UHGV virus genome: UHGV-1378817 | DNA: 64,000 bases | Reading direction: 5' to 3' (one strand) | DNA from: a virus | Shown here: in pieces, positions 36,269-45,474 of the stretch | Numbering within the stretch: the first letter of the stretch is position 1 | Layout: the number at the start of each line of letters is the position of its first letter | Translations under genes and position numbers: made by a program | The notes under the pieces: generated by a model | What the model saw: only the letters and a program-made list of their open reading frames with translations | Database searches by the model: none | Told to the model about the DNA's origin: nothing

Positions 36269-36616
36269 ATGCCAAAGATTAAAACGTTATTACTGTGGGT
36301 AGCTGTTTTAGCTTTTATAGGGTACTGGACTTGGGAAACTGAATTAAAAGATATCGGATATACCAGTCTTGAGAGCAAGGCGTGCATTGGCATAACCGAT
36401 GCGTTCAGGCAAAATGCTATGGATCACGAATGTGTTGATGCAGATATAGATGAGAAACTGTCTAAGGACAAAGATTTTTACCATGGGCATGCTTTACTTG
36501 ATAGTGGTGACACTGTAGAGTTCTGGTCGTGGTTTCGTGAAGATGGAACAATAAAAACAGCAGTAAAGATCTCTAACAAAGAGTTAATGCTGTTGCAGCA
36601 AAAGGAGGCTCAATGA
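36269..36616 (+). CDS. hypothetical protein with N-terminal signal/TM
   Basis: MPKIKTLLLWVAVLAFIGYWTW hydrophobic N-terminus. Confidence 0.4.
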   Translation: MPKIKTLLLWVAVLAFIGYWTWETELKDIGYTSLESKACIGITDAFRQNAMDHECVDADIDEKLSKDKDFYHGHALLDSGDTVEFWSWFREDGTIKTAVKISNKELMLLQQKEAQ

Positions 36617-36900
36617 TCTGGATATCCTATGCTGATGGCACCATGCTGTATACTGCAGGTACCAGATATGAAGTTCAGGAGAACGATAAAAAATTTATCG
36701 TAAAAACATTTGACAAGGACGACAACCTTTTGCTAGAATTGACTTACAAGGTTGGAGAGGTATCCAATATCCAATTGGATTGTGGTCATAAAGATAATCC
36801 ACTCAAAAAACCTGGAATAGGCAAGGCTTCAGAAGAACGTTTGTCTCGTATTGCAGAAAGCGTTTCTACACAAAAATCTAAGAAGGGGACTAGAAAATGA
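36613..36900 (+). CDS. hypothetical protein
   Basis: 95-aa ORF coupled to neighbours. Confidence 0.35.
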   Translation: MIWISYADGTMLYTAGTRYEVQENDKKFIVKTFDKDDNLLLELTYKVGEVSNIQLDCGHKDNPLKKPGIGKASEERLSRIAESVSTQKSKKGTRK

Positions 36901-37390
36901 AAAACTTACGTTTTAACACTTATTACTACAACACATTAAATGATTTGTACTATATTGTTCGAAGTAAAAGTCCTGAAACAGTCCTATTCTGCCGTGAACC
37001 CTTCAAAGGGGAGGAAGTAGAGTCTGAGATGAATGTTAGCCAAATCACCTCTTTGTTGCTCTCAGGCGCAATGGAAGAAGTAATATTCTAAACCAGGCGG
37101 GAGGGTTTTATGAAGCACTATTGCCTGTCTGGTAGAATGGGTGCAGATTGTGATTGGGTTTTCTTAAAACTTGTCAGCATTCGAGAGTTCATCCCAGAGG
37201 AAGAGCAAGAAAGTGAGCTGATGTCATGGATCAACCATTACGGTAACACTTTTCGACATGTTAAGGTAGAAGAGTTGCCAAGCGAGGCTGATTGACTATG
37301 ATTGCATCAATATTAACGTTTATGGGTGGCGTGGCATTCGGATTCATTGTTTGCCTGTTTATAGTGATTATGTCTATGCGAGGCTGAATT

Positions 37391-37687
37391 ATGAAACTTT
37401 TTGAGTGGTTTAAAAAGTTTAAATATAAAGCTGTAGCCATCGTGCCGTGGTCAATTCAGTGGGTTGATGAAGGTGGTCTACCAATACCTGGTGACAAAGA
37501 TACTGGGTACTGGATTATGATGGAGAACGGGTTTGGAAAGCGAAAGTATACGTGCACAAACTCTACTCGATCTGCACTTAATAGAGTGCCTGGTTACAAA
37601 CTTATGGTTGTGTGGAAAATGTCAGGCGTCCCTCCAGCCAATGCTCAATTTCTTACTGACAATCCTACCACGGTAGAGGGAGATTGA
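37391..37687 (+). CDS. hypothetical protein
   Basis: 98-aa ORF. Confidence 0.35.
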   Translation: MKLFEWFKKFKYKAVAIVPWSIQWVDEGGLPIPGDKDTGYWIMMENGFGKRKYTCTNSTRSALNRVPGYKLMVVWKMSGVPPANAQFLTDNPTTVEGD

Positions 37688-37971
37688 TAATGAAAAAGAT
37701 TAACAGTAGTGAAGTCGAGTTTAAACTTGTCGGAAAAGGCACTTACTGGGAAGTTCGTCAAAAGGTATATTTGTTCGGTCTTATTCCTTACTGGTCTAAA
37801 TTCTACTGGGGAGCTAACGAGTGGGGAAGATACGCCACCAAATCAATGGCACTTATTGGTATAGCAGAGTACATTGCAGCCAGAGATAGGGTTGGAGACA
37901 CTTATTACTATACTGCGGACGATATTCGTAACAGTGTTTACGTCCCACAACCACCTGATGGAGACCGTTGA
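37684..37971 (+). CDS. hypothetical protein
   Basis: 95-aa ORF. Confidence 0.35.
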   Translation: MIMKKINSSEVEFKLVGKGTYWEVRQKVYLFGLIPYWSKFYWGANEWGRYATKSMALIGIAEYIAARDRVGDTYYYTADDIRNSVYVPQPPDGDR

Positions 37972-38195
37972 TGAAAGTTAAAGTTTTAGATTCAAGCTTC
38001 TATATTGGTCAGGAGCCCTTAGTGGGGAAAGTGTTTACTGCTGTCCCTAACGAAGATTACCCCGACCTTTTAAAAATAAAAGGGGCAGATCTTATTGCCG
38101 CTGGTGCATCTCAGGAATGCTTTGACAGTCAGTGGACCTACAACTTTGCCCTAGGTGAGGATGTAGAGATAGTGGAGGACAATCATGAAGGTTAA
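37968..38195 (+). CDS. small acidic protein, paralog family member
   Basis: MMKVKVLDSSFYIGQEPLVGKVFTAVP...KGADLIAAGASQE...EDVEIVED. Confidence 0.45.
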   Translation: MMKVKVLDSSFYIGQEPLVGKVFTAVPNEDYPDLLKIKGADLIAAGASQECFDSQWTYNFALGEDVEIVEDNHEG

Positions 38196-38439
38196 AATTC
38201 TTGATTCTAACGTCTACTTGGGACAATCCTTCCTGAAGGGAAAAGTCGTTCCTGCGGTATACTTTGAAGGGTTGCCGTGGGATGATCCTGTTCGGCAACA
38301 TCACAGTTATGTAGGCCACAACGTAGTGTTTATCTTAGGAGCAGACCTGATCACCGCTGGTGCACCTGAATATTATTTCGGGGAAGAGTCCTATTATGCC
38401 TTTGGGGTAGGGTCAGATGCAGATATTGTAGAGCTGTGA
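38185..38439 (+). CDS. small acidic protein, paralog family member
   Basis: MKVKILDSNVYLGQSFLKGKVVPAV...GADLITAGAPEY...DADIVEL; adjacent to paralog 37968. Confidence 0.45.
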   Translation: MKVKILDSNVYLGQSFLKGKVVPAVYFEGLPWDDPVRQHHSYVGHNVVFILGADLITAGAPEYYFGEESYYAFGVGSDADIVEL

Positions 38440-38451
38440 TGGGTAACCGTT

Positions 38452-38850
38452 GTGAAAAATAAACTGTTCAAAGTTACAATGAAAATTCGCGGAGCTTGGA
38501 GCGTAAAGCAAGGGCGTATTCCAGAATTTGAGAAAGACTTCTACGTAGTCTCCACCTCGGAGGAGGCTGCATGCTGGCAAGCTGGCTATGCCTATGCAAG
38601 AACCTGGTACGAAGGATACCAGACTGGGGGCTATGACGGAGAAATTATCAGCAAGAGTGTAGAAGAAATTAATGTGTTGACAAGTGAAAAAGTTTTTGTT
38701 ATAGTGCATCCAGATTCCAGAGTGAAGCATTACTGGAATGCCAGAACAAAAACTTGGACACCGTTTGCAGATTCTGCTACGCCACTTTTAAACCAGAAAG
38801 CTCTTGACTCTGCCCCAAGTTATGGGGTTGTTGAAGAAAAGCTAAACTGA
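38452..38850 (+). CDS. hypothetical protein (paralog of ORF 40661)
   Basis: Shares HP-S...YW......WTP pattern with ORF 40661-41056. Confidence 0.4.
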   Translation: MKNKLFKVTMKIRGAWSVKQGRIPEFEKDFYVVSTSEEAACWQAGYAYARTWYEGYQTGGYDGEIISKSVEEINVLTSEKVFVIVHPDSRVKHYWNARTKTWTPFADSATPLLNQKALDSAPSYGVVEEKLN

Positions 38851-38867
38851 AACAGTGAGGTGCCACT

Positions 38868-39158
38868 ATGATGGATTTAGTTCTGAATATTGATAACGCA
38901 GGAGAGCTTAAAGACGATGGTGTAACAAGTATGGACAAACCCTGCTCTGCCGAGGTTGACTCAAAATGGACCTACAAGTTTGACGGAGAGATCTTCGCAA
39001 ATGATGAGAAGGTTGTAGATGCTGCAGCCATTTTGAACGCTTTAGGGTACGACCCTGTGAATTCTTTGATCAAGGATCCTGTTGAGTTTGCAGAGTATGT
39101 TCGAAAAATGGCAGATCTTGCTGTAGATATTTTAAGAACTATCGACAACAAGCTATAA
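38868..39158 (+). CDS. hypothetical acidic protein
   Basis: 96-aa ORF. Confidence 0.35.
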   Translation: MMDLVLNIDNAGELKDDGVTSMDKPCSAEVDSKWTYKFDGEIFANDEKVVDAAAILNALGYDPVNSLIKDPVEFAEYVRKMADLAVDILRTIDNKL

Positions 39159-39163
39159 AACTG

Positions 39164-39192
39164 TTGACACAACGCTTCGGCTATAGTATTAT
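39164..39192 (+). promoter_or_regulatory. sigma70-like promoter upstream of the HPF-like gene
   Basis: TTGACA-17 nt-TATTAT. Confidence 0.5.
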
Positions 39193-39241
39193 TGTTTTCA
39201 AAGAGAGATAGTTATTCCCTCTTCCTTAAAAGGAACACGTT

Positions 39242-39562
39242 ATGCAAATTGAAATCACTGGCAACAATGTAGAAATCACAGAAGGTATGGTATCTTTTAT
39301 TTCCCGCAAAATGTCCAAGCTGGAGCGTTTACATCCCTCTGTTAACTATGCACGTGTGAGTGTAAAAGTTGAAAATGATCACCAGGAAGTTATGGCGTTC
39401 ATTTTTGACAATTCTGGAAAAGAAGTTATTGCCAAGGCTAAAGGCAGTGATGCTTACGAGGCAACTGACCGTATGGTAGATGTTGCAGCACGTCAGCTGG
39501 CTAAATGCGGTGGAAAGAAAGGTAAGGGGAAAGGCAAAGTAAAGATTGACTTTGGAGAATGA
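39242..39562 (+). CDS. ribosome hibernation-promoting factor homolog (HPF/YfiA/RaiA family)
   Basis: MQIEITGNNVEITEGMVSFISRKMSKLERL... closely parallels E. coli HPF MQLNITGNNVEITEALREFVTAKFAKLEQY...; similar length, basic C-terminus. Confidence 0.7.
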   Translation: MQIEITGNNVEITEGMVSFISRKMSKLERLHPSVNYARVSVKVENDHQEVMAFIFDNSGKEVIAKAKGSDAYEATDRMVDVAARQLAKCGGKKGKGKGKVKIDFGE

Positions 39563-39699
39563 GGTGCTACAATGGGTGTGATTAAGAAATTAGTCCCAAA
39601 TGTAGAGATTGCATGCTTTGAAATTATGTTTGCAATCGCAGTTGTAGTTAATGTGTTAGGTTACGGCTATTAATATCAAATAATTGAGGAGACCTCTAA

Positions 39700-39969
39700 A
39701 TGAAAATTAAATTATTCAAAACTGAGCTGGCAGACAAAAACTGTGGACTGGTTGAAGGCATGATTGTTGAAGCACAACCAGTGGACTATATGAAGGTGGT
39801 TCGTGATGCCCTGGGTGAAGGTTTTGATCTGATGGAGCCAGCTCTGCGAGAAGATGTTATCGAGATGGCTAAAAAGCACACACCTGAAGGTTTGGTGGTG
39901 TTTGTTGCACCGGGTAACGGAGAAGAGTTGATTGTAACTCCTGATGTGTATGAGATTGTAGAGGAATAA
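39700..39969 (+). CDS. small acidic protein (possible distant family member)
   Basis: MKIKLFKTE...YEIVEE. Confidence 0.4.
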   Translation: MKIKLFKTELADKNCGLVEGMIVEAQPVDYMKVVRDALGEGFDLMEPALREDVIEMAKKHTPEGLVVFVAPGNGEELIVTPDVYEIVEE

Positions 39970-40060
39970 TCCTACTTGGATTAGCATACTTCCTCGATAA
40001 GGAAGATCTGTAATTATTTGTGGGAAAGGAATCCCAATCTCTTACCAGAGGTGATACTAT

Positions 40061-40324
40061 ATGATTGTTTATTTTAAAACTTCAGGTGGATACCCTGATT
40101 CTCAAAGTTTGATCGGAAAAACGTGCACAGCATACTCACCTCTTGATGAGGAGGTAAGCGATATTCTACGAAATATGTATCGGATTGACCCACAAGAAGC
40201 CTTTGATCAAAACCTTGTATTTGTCAAGGGCTCAGACATGAAGTCTTTGGGAGCATTCCCTGAAGCAGATGATGATGCCGTTTATTCGTTCATGACCCCT
40301 TTTGAAGCTATGGTTGTTGGGTGA
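40061..40324 (+). CDS. small acidic protein, paralog family member
   Basis: YPDSQSLIGKTCTAYSP and VFVKGSDMKSLGAFPE parallel motifs in ORFs 37968 and 38185. Confidence 0.4.
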   Translation: MIVYFKTSGGYPDSQSLIGKTCTAYSPLDEEVSDILRNMYRIDPQEAFDQNLVFVKGSDMKSLGAFPEADDDAVYSFMTPFEAMVVG

Positions 40325-40328
40325 TAAT

Positions 40329-40661
40329 ATGAAAGTACGCTTTATTGGTGAAACAATTCCTGTGCATCTCCGGTCTCCTGAGGATTCTGCAGATCTTGCA
40401 TCTCAAAAGGCGAGAGGTTATGATAAGAAAGTAACCTCAACCGATGTAGTGCTTGAGGCTACCAGTCTACCTGACCCTGCTGCATTCTTTAATCATTATG
40501 GGTACTATTTCAGCAATCTGATGAATATCGGTGAGCTTGTGTTTATCAGTGGTGGAGAGATTGTTAGCAAGCTTGGCGGCGATCCGGATGTCTTTCATGA
40601 AACCTGTCCTTTTGCATTTGTGGTAGGTTCAGATGTGGAAGTTATTGAGGAGGTGCGGTAA
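40329..40661 (+). CDS. small acidic protein (possible family member)
   Basis: ORF 40302-40661 trimmed to Met MKVRFIGE; ends VVGSDVEVIEEVR. Confidence 0.4.
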   Translation: MKVRFIGETIPVHLRSPEDSADLASQKARGYDKKVTSTDVVLEATSLPDPAAFFNHYGYYFSNLMNIGELVFISGGEIVSKLGGDPDVFHETCPFAFVVGSDVEVIEEVR

Positions 40662-41056
40662 TGGTAAGCCTATACCGTGTTGAGTATAGCTCAGATACTG
40701 TATACAACGTAAGAAGCAAAGATCGCAGCGACAGAGTGCAAGAAATGTATGTTCTTGCCGACAGTCCGTTATCTGCAGCGTTCAAGGCAGGGGCTCTTGC
40801 ATCTCGTTGGAAATTCGAAGGTGGATCTTTCTATGAAGAAACCCTTGAAGATTCTGTTGTTATTTCTTCTGTAGAGGTTTCAGATGACTACGAAGGGAAA
40901 AAGTTCGTAATGCGGCACCCACACAGCAACATTGCGTACTACTGGGATGTTCTGAACAACGAGTGGACCCCAGATCTTCAGAAGGCTACTGTGCTAACAC
41001 CGTTTTTGGCAGATAAGTTCCCACCAGAAGGTAATTTATCCGCACTGTTTCAGTAA
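40661..41056 (+). CDS. hypothetical protein (paralog of ORF 38452)
   Basis: Shares HPHSNIAYYWDVLNNEWTP pattern with ORF 38452. Confidence 0.4.
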   Translation: MVSLYRVEYSSDTVYNVRSKDRSDRVQEMYVLADSPLSAAFKAGALASRWKFEGGSFYEETLEDSVVISSVEVSDDYEGKKFVMRHPHSNIAYYWDVLNNEWTPDLQKATVLTPFLADKFPPEGNLSALFQ

Positions 41057-41074
41057 TTTTCTTGCACACAGGTG

Positions 41075-41103
41075 TTGACAACGCCAACCCTGTGTGAAAT
41101 AAT
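41075..41103 (+). promoter_or_regulatory. sigma70-like promoter
   Basis: TTGACA-17 nt-AATAAT upstream of ORF 41133. Confidence 0.4.
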
Positions 41104-41132
41104 ACCTTCATCTTAACAAGACAGGAGACCGA

Positions 41133-41393
41133 TTGATGAAGATTAAATTGAAAAACCTTGAAACGGCAGAGATTCAGGACGGTGTTGATTTCCGTTCTAA
41201 AGATGGTGACATCTTAGAGGTAAATATTCCAACCTACGAGCTGATTAAAGGTTTTGGCAACGTCCCAGAGGAAGGTATCGCAGACGTTCTTCTAATGTTA
41301 ATCGTTAGTGGGACAGTGTTCTTGGGTGAAGGTGAGAACGCTATTGCAATCCCAAGCCATTTTTATGAAGTAGTTGACGAAGAGGTGCTGTAA
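41133..41393 (+). CDS. small acidic protein
   Basis: MMKIKLKNLE...YEVVDEEVL. Confidence 0.4.
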   Translation: MMKIKLKNLETAEIQDGVDFRSKDGDILEVNIPTYELIKGFGNVPEEGIADVLLMLIVSGTVFLGEGENAIAIPSHFYEVVDEEVL

Positions 41394-41744
41394 ATGAAAG
41401 TAGAAATTACCGGTTTTGATATTAATATGGTTCCGGAAGATATTTTAGCTAAATTGCCGGAAGGTTTTGGTAACGGTGTTGTGGTGGATGCTGTTCCTCC
41501 TACCAAAGACATTCTGCTGCAGTATGGTGTAGCAGAGGAAGATGTCGATAAAGTTCTTACAATGATGGCAATCGATCGTGTTGTCGTTGTTAAAGGTCTC
41601 GATAATTTTGAGAGTGATCCCCTGATTATTCGTGGAGATGACTACAAAATCATCGATAATGAAGGCCAAGAGTTCTATGAGCCTTGTGCAGAAGATATTC
41701 TTAACTTATTACTGGAAGCAGGTACCGAAGAGGAGGACGAATAA
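41394..41744 (+). CDS. small acidic protein
   Basis: MKVEITGFD...; coupled to neighbours. Confidence 0.4.
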   Translation: MKVEITGFDINMVPEDILAKLPEGFGNGVVVDAVPPTKDILLQYGVAEEDVDKVLTMMAIDRVVVVKGLDNFESDPLIIRGDDYKIIDNEGQEFYEPCAEDILNLLLEAGTEEEDE

Positions 41745-42073
41745 TGAAGATTGACCCGTTACTGAAGGCTCGTGCAGAAAAAGCGTACACCATTAAGCTG
41801 ACCAACCTGGTTCCTACTTGTCATCCAGATGTAGGTTGGCCTGAAGGTCTGGTAGAGGGGACTGTAACAGCTGCATACCTCCCTAACATCAAATACCTCA
41901 TGGAGATCTTAGAGATGGATGAGGAAACTGCAGAACAGTTCCAGTTGGACATGAAACAAAGTGGGACTCTGGTTATTCACGGGTGGTACAATACTAAAGA
42001 TGCAGAAGACCCTCTTGTAACTTCTAATCTGGCATATGAAATCTTAGGACCTTTGAACCTGGGGGAAGACTAA
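41744..42073 (+). CDS. small acidic protein
   Basis: 109-aa ORF. Confidence 0.4.
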   Translation: MKIDPLLKARAEKAYTIKLTNLVPTCHPDVGWPEGLVEGTVTAAYLPNIKYLMEILEMDEETAEQFQLDMKQSGTLVIHGWYNTKDAEDPLVTSNLAYEILGPLNLGED

Positions 42074-42360
42074 TGAAAGATCTGGTTAAGATTAAGATTA
42101 AAGATACCAACGGCGAACTCAGCCATTTTGGAATTAATGATGGTGACGAGCTGATCGCACACCTACCTACCAAGGAAGTTGTAAGCAAAGCAGTTGCCGG
42201 AGAAGAAGATGCAATGCAGGCTGCAGGTGTGGATGAAAACTATGTAGCCATGTGTATGTGCCGAGATCAGGTTGTTCTGTATAAAGCGTATCGACCAAAC
42301 GGAGCCACGGAGTGGCTTGTATTCCGACCTGAAGGATATGAAATCCTAGAGGCACTATGA
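42073..42360 (+). CDS. small acidic protein
   Basis: MKDLVKIKIKD...YEILEAL. Confidence 0.4.
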   Translation: MKDLVKIKIKDTNGELSHFGINDGDELIAHLPTKEVVSKAVAGEEDAMQAAGVDENYVAMCMCRDQVVLYKAYRPNGATEWLVFRPEGYEILEAL

Positions 42361-42449
42361 TAAATCTTGCCAAGGTTGCAATGGTCCTGCTAATTATTTG
42401 CTGGTCAGTAACCTTAACACTGTGTCTTGTATTTCAGTAAGGTGCTTAT

Positions 42450-42713
42450 ATGAACATCCTGATGTGGGTTGTAGCAGTGGCGTTTGTTGCATGTTTTTGC
42501 TGCTGGGTTGCGGTGAGGATTTCTGTAGCTACCCTTCGGAAGTTGGGGTTCTCAGAGTGGGATATTAATATTCTTTCTTTTCGCAATGAAACAATCTCAG
42601 CCGCCCTGCTCTGTAAGAAATTCAAGTGGGAACCTTGTGAGGTCATGAGCTATCTAAGAACAGGTGATATCCCTGAAAGATTTAAAAAAGTTCTTGACGG
42701 CGATGATAAATGA
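42450..42713 (+). CDS. small membrane protein
   Basis: MNILMWVVAVAFVACFCCWVAV hydrophobic N-terminus. Confidence 0.35.
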   Translation: MNILMWVVAVAFVACFCCWVAVRISVATLRKLGFSEWDINILSFRNETISAALLCKKFKWEPCEVMSYLRTGDIPERFKKVLDGDDK

Positions 42714-42868
42714 CAGTATAGTGACTAACAAGAGGTGGTGAGTGATTGATTTTACTGAAGCTTTAATGATGGCCTTGTCTGTTTTAGCGCTATCGGTGTG
42801 TTTTGGGGCGTTATTCACATCTCTGGTTAAAGTTTTACATACAGTATTATTACCCAAGGAGCGCAGTA

Positions 42869-43120
42869 ATGACGAAGATTGACTTGAATGCTGGCGACCA
42901 TGTTGTTGTCAAATGCATTGGAGATTATCTTGGATTCACAATCGGCAATACTTACGAAGCGGTAGTGGCGAAGGTTTATCATGATAAAGTCCTCAGTCTT
43001 GTATTTGACTGCGATGATGATGGGGATGACCGATACGTCTGTGAGGTGCTGGCACGAGACGATAGTGAAGACCAGAAATTCCTGGTTATTGAACTGAACG
43101 GTATTTTTGTAGAACGTTAA
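42869..43120 (+). CDS. hypothetical protein
   Basis: ORF 42803-43120 trimmed to Met MTKIDLNAG with AAGGAG RBS. Confidence 0.4.
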   Translation: MTKIDLNAGDHVVVKCIGDYLGFTIGNTYEAVVAKVYHDKVLSLVFDCDDDGDDRYVCEVLARDDSEDQKFLVIELNGIFVER

Positions 43121-43148
43121 TTTAAAACAACATAAGGAGACTCTTACT

Positions 43149-43454
43149 ATGGCTAAATCTAAAGTTGAACTGTTCACCTCTCTTCCTTCTGACACTGCAG
43201 AACGTGATCGCCTTCGCAAAACAATCGAAGAGCTGGTGGAACTCCAGCTTCAGATTAAAGATCTGAAAGATGCCATCAAGGATATCATTCTCGTTGAGAA
43301 GCAGGATCATCTGTATTCTCCTAAATTCATCAAATCTCTGGTGGCTACAGAGTTCGATATTCGCTATGAGGCTGAAAAACGTCGCGCTAAAATCGAAGAA
43401 GAGGTTGAGCACATGTCTGAGGCAGACATTCTGTTCAAACGCTCTGTAGAATAA
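43149..43454 (+). CDS. hypothetical coiled-coil protein
   Basis: 101-aa charged ORF with AAGGAG RBS. Confidence 0.4.
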   Translation: MAKSKVELFTSLPSDTAERDRLRKTIEELVELQLQIKDLKDAIKDIILVEKQDHLYSPKFIKSLVATEFDIRYEAEKRRAKIEEEVEHMSEADILFKRSVE

Positions 43455-43458
43455 TGAC

Positions 43459-43490
43459 AAAGAGAGGGGCCTGGGCCCCTCTTTCACTAT
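43459..43490 (+). terminator. rho-independent terminator
   Basis: AGAGGGGCC-tgg-GCCCCTCT followed by a T-rich stretch, immediately after the stop of ORF 43149-43454. Confidence 0.55.
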
Positions 43491-43835
43491 TTGCAAAAGG
43501 AACCAGCTATGAGAATGCCAATCACTGTGAAAGAGCTAAATGAACGTGATGCAGGTGGTCTATGGCCTGCACGAAAAATCCGCTGCGTCTATATGAAAGA
43601 GAATCTTGAACATCTTGATCAACAGATCAAGGTCGGTGATATTTTTGAGGTCTTCTATTCCAATCGTCGTAACTGGGAAACCATTCAGCCTTCTGGTTTT
43701 GTTCTTGCCAAACTTGACACTGGAGAAGTGATTATCCCTGGGTTGGATATTGTCTTCGAAATTATCCAGGAGTGGGATCCGGATAAGATTAGATACGAAG
43801 AATTATTCGGTAAAGGTATTATCAAACCTGTGTGA
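43491..43835 (+). CDS. hypothetical protein
   Basis: 114-aa ORF. Confidence 0.4.
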   Translation: MQKEPAMRMPITVKELNERDAGGLWPARKIRCVYMKENLEHLDQQIKVGDIFEVFYSNRRNWETIQPSGFVLAKLDTGEVIIPGLDIVFEIIQEWDPDKIRYEELFGKGIIKPV

Positions 43836-44143
43836 GGTGGATTATGTCTACAAAGGCGGCTAAATACTCCTACATGCCATCAACCTCTGCAGAGGTAGAC
43901 TTTAGTTTCGATGTGTTTCCACTGTTTGAGGCGGTTCTGGCATACCCAACAATACTATCTACTCCTGAATCACTTGTGCCTGTTAAGTTGCAGAACGCTA
44001 TGCATTCTATGCACTACAACAATAAATGTAGGCACAGATGGTGTCAGGACGAGGAAAAAGATTTGGACAGTTTGAGAGATTTTGACAGTCACCTTTTGAC
44101 ACCTTTCAGCTACTCCAACCTTGATAAGCCCTCATGGGTATAG
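43832..44143 (+). CDS. hypothetical protein
   Basis: 103-aa ORF. Confidence 0.35.
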   Translation: MRWIMSTKAAKYSYMPSTSAEVDFSFDVFPLFEAVLAYPTILSTPESLVPVKLQNAMHSMHYNNKCRHRWCQDEEKDLDSLRDFDSHLLTPFSYSNLDKPSWV

Positions 44144-44298
44144 CAAAATATCAAATTTAAGACACCTAGGACGCTCTGTGGCGTCCTTTTCTTTATCTGG
44201 TGCACGATTGCATACCTTGGACAGGTAATCTCATTATAGAGCGCTTTAGAAAGAATTTGACTGTTTTCCTAAACCACCAACATCTTGAGGTATCATTT

Positions 44299-44520
44299 AT
44301 GAAAATTGTTCTATACGACGATAACGATATTGCTCTCAGTACTGTATATTTTGAAGATGATGATCTGCCAGATTTTCTACGTGTCTCCACATTTGCTGCA
44401 GAATACGGTGTGAGCCGTCAGGCAATGCATAAGTACCGAGAGTATCAGAATTGCTCATGGGCTGAGACCTTTATGCACTTTATCCAACGTAAGCAGGCTC
44501 TGGACCGCAAAAAGCTTTAA
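44299..44520 (+). CDS. small putative DNA-binding protein
   Basis: ORF 44200-44520 trimmed to Met MKIVLYDDND; FAAEYGVSRQAMHKY looks HTH-like. Confidence 0.35.
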   Translation: MKIVLYDDNDIALSTVYFEDDDLPDFLRVSTFAAEYGVSRQAMHKYREYQNCSWAETFMHFIQRKQALDRKKL

Positions 44521-44620
44521 GTGTATATACTTTTTATTTCGAGCGTAGCGAGAACGCACGTCCGTTTTGACCCAAATCACCATACGCTCGGATTTTAACC
44601 AAACCCTCGCGGCGTTTCTG

Positions 44621-44649
44621 TTGACACATTACCGCTCTCGTGATAGTAT
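44621..44649 (+). promoter_or_regulatory. sigma70-like promoter
   Basis: TTGACA-17 nt-TAGTAT; GGAGAA RBS and ATG at about 44682 downstream. Confidence 0.45.
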
Positions 44650-44681
44650 CCACACATCGTTTGGAGAATATGGGATACACA

Positions 44682-44771
44682 ATGAGAACATTGTCCGAAG
44701 TTTTAGTGGTGATCCTGATGATCATTACGTCCATAGCGGCTGTTGCCGGAATACTCACGGGTGGAACATGA
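44682..44771 (+). CDS. candidate small hydrophobic peptide (~29 aa)
   Basis: MRTLSEVLVVILMIITSIAAVAGILTGGT, single TM-like helix, own promoter and RBS; overlaps two featureless longer ORFs (44567-44980 plus, 44534-44953 minus) so the coding frame here is unresolved. Confidence 0.3.
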   Translation: MRTLSEVLVVILMIITSIAAVAGILTGGT

Positions 44772-45101
44772 TCAACACGCATGCATCTGAAGAGACATCT
44801 GAAGGAGTGACCATATGTCCATTGGCTGATCCAGTGAAAGGGGAAAACTTCGATTCTGAAGATTCTCCATCTTCGCTCCAGATAGATCCTGAGGCTGATG
44901 ACTTGACGTGGGGAGACATCGTAGATATCTGGTTCTCTATTATGCCTGAGCACGAAGAGTTCAGAGGTGGTAGACTATGAAGCACCGAGCCCACACAGGT
45001 TCCTCATGCTAAAGCATGGCCTGAAGAGGCAAACGTGCATAATTCCCGTGCATTGGAACGTATAAAACCCTGTTCACACTCTCATTTCCAGAGGAGATTT
45101 C

Positions 45102-45317
45102 ATGAAGATAGAAATATTTGGTGGGGCTGACAACACTCGTGGCCTGATTTACCTTGAATTTGATGAATCATACCTGCCAGAGGTGTTAAATATAGACTCT
45201 GTTGCTGAGGCTTTGGGAGTAAACCCTAAAGAACTCCACTCTTGTGCTGAGATCGATGGTTGGGAAGAGACCATGAACATTGATTTCAGTGAAGTAGAGG
45301 ACGAACCGCTGGACTGA
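45102..45317 (+). CDS. small acidic protein
   Basis: MKIEIFGG... 71 aa with GGAG RBS; last gene of the plus-strand block. Confidence 0.4.
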   Translation: MKIEIFGGADNTRGLIYLEFDESYLPEVLNIDSVAEALGVNPKELHSCAEIDGWEETMNIDFSEVEDEPLD

Positions 45318-45446
45318 CACACAATTAGCTGCCCGGCTAAAGTGCTGGAAGCGCACCTATAACACATCTTTCAACTAAATTTCCTACCACCACAATCACT
45401 TACCTCCAACACATGACTGTTTGCTTGTTTAGTGAGCAGTCATGCC

Positions 45447-45474
45447 TTGACATTCTTGCCTATCCTGATAAAAT
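45447..45474 (+). promoter_or_regulatory. sigma70-like promoter reading into a GC-rich non-coding segment
   Basis: TTGACA-16 nt-TAAAAT with no ORF downstream; followed by about 270 nt of unusually GC-rich sequence ending in a G-run and T-rich stretch near 45730-45760. Confidence 0.4.

Noticed and set aside
44534-44980. Overlapping long ORFs 44567-44980 (plus) and 44534-44953 (minus)
   Set aside because: Neither has a recognisable motif or convincing RBS, they overlap each other antisense, and a promoter plus RBS for a short hydrophobic ORF sits inside them; left unresolved rather than annotated as proteins.
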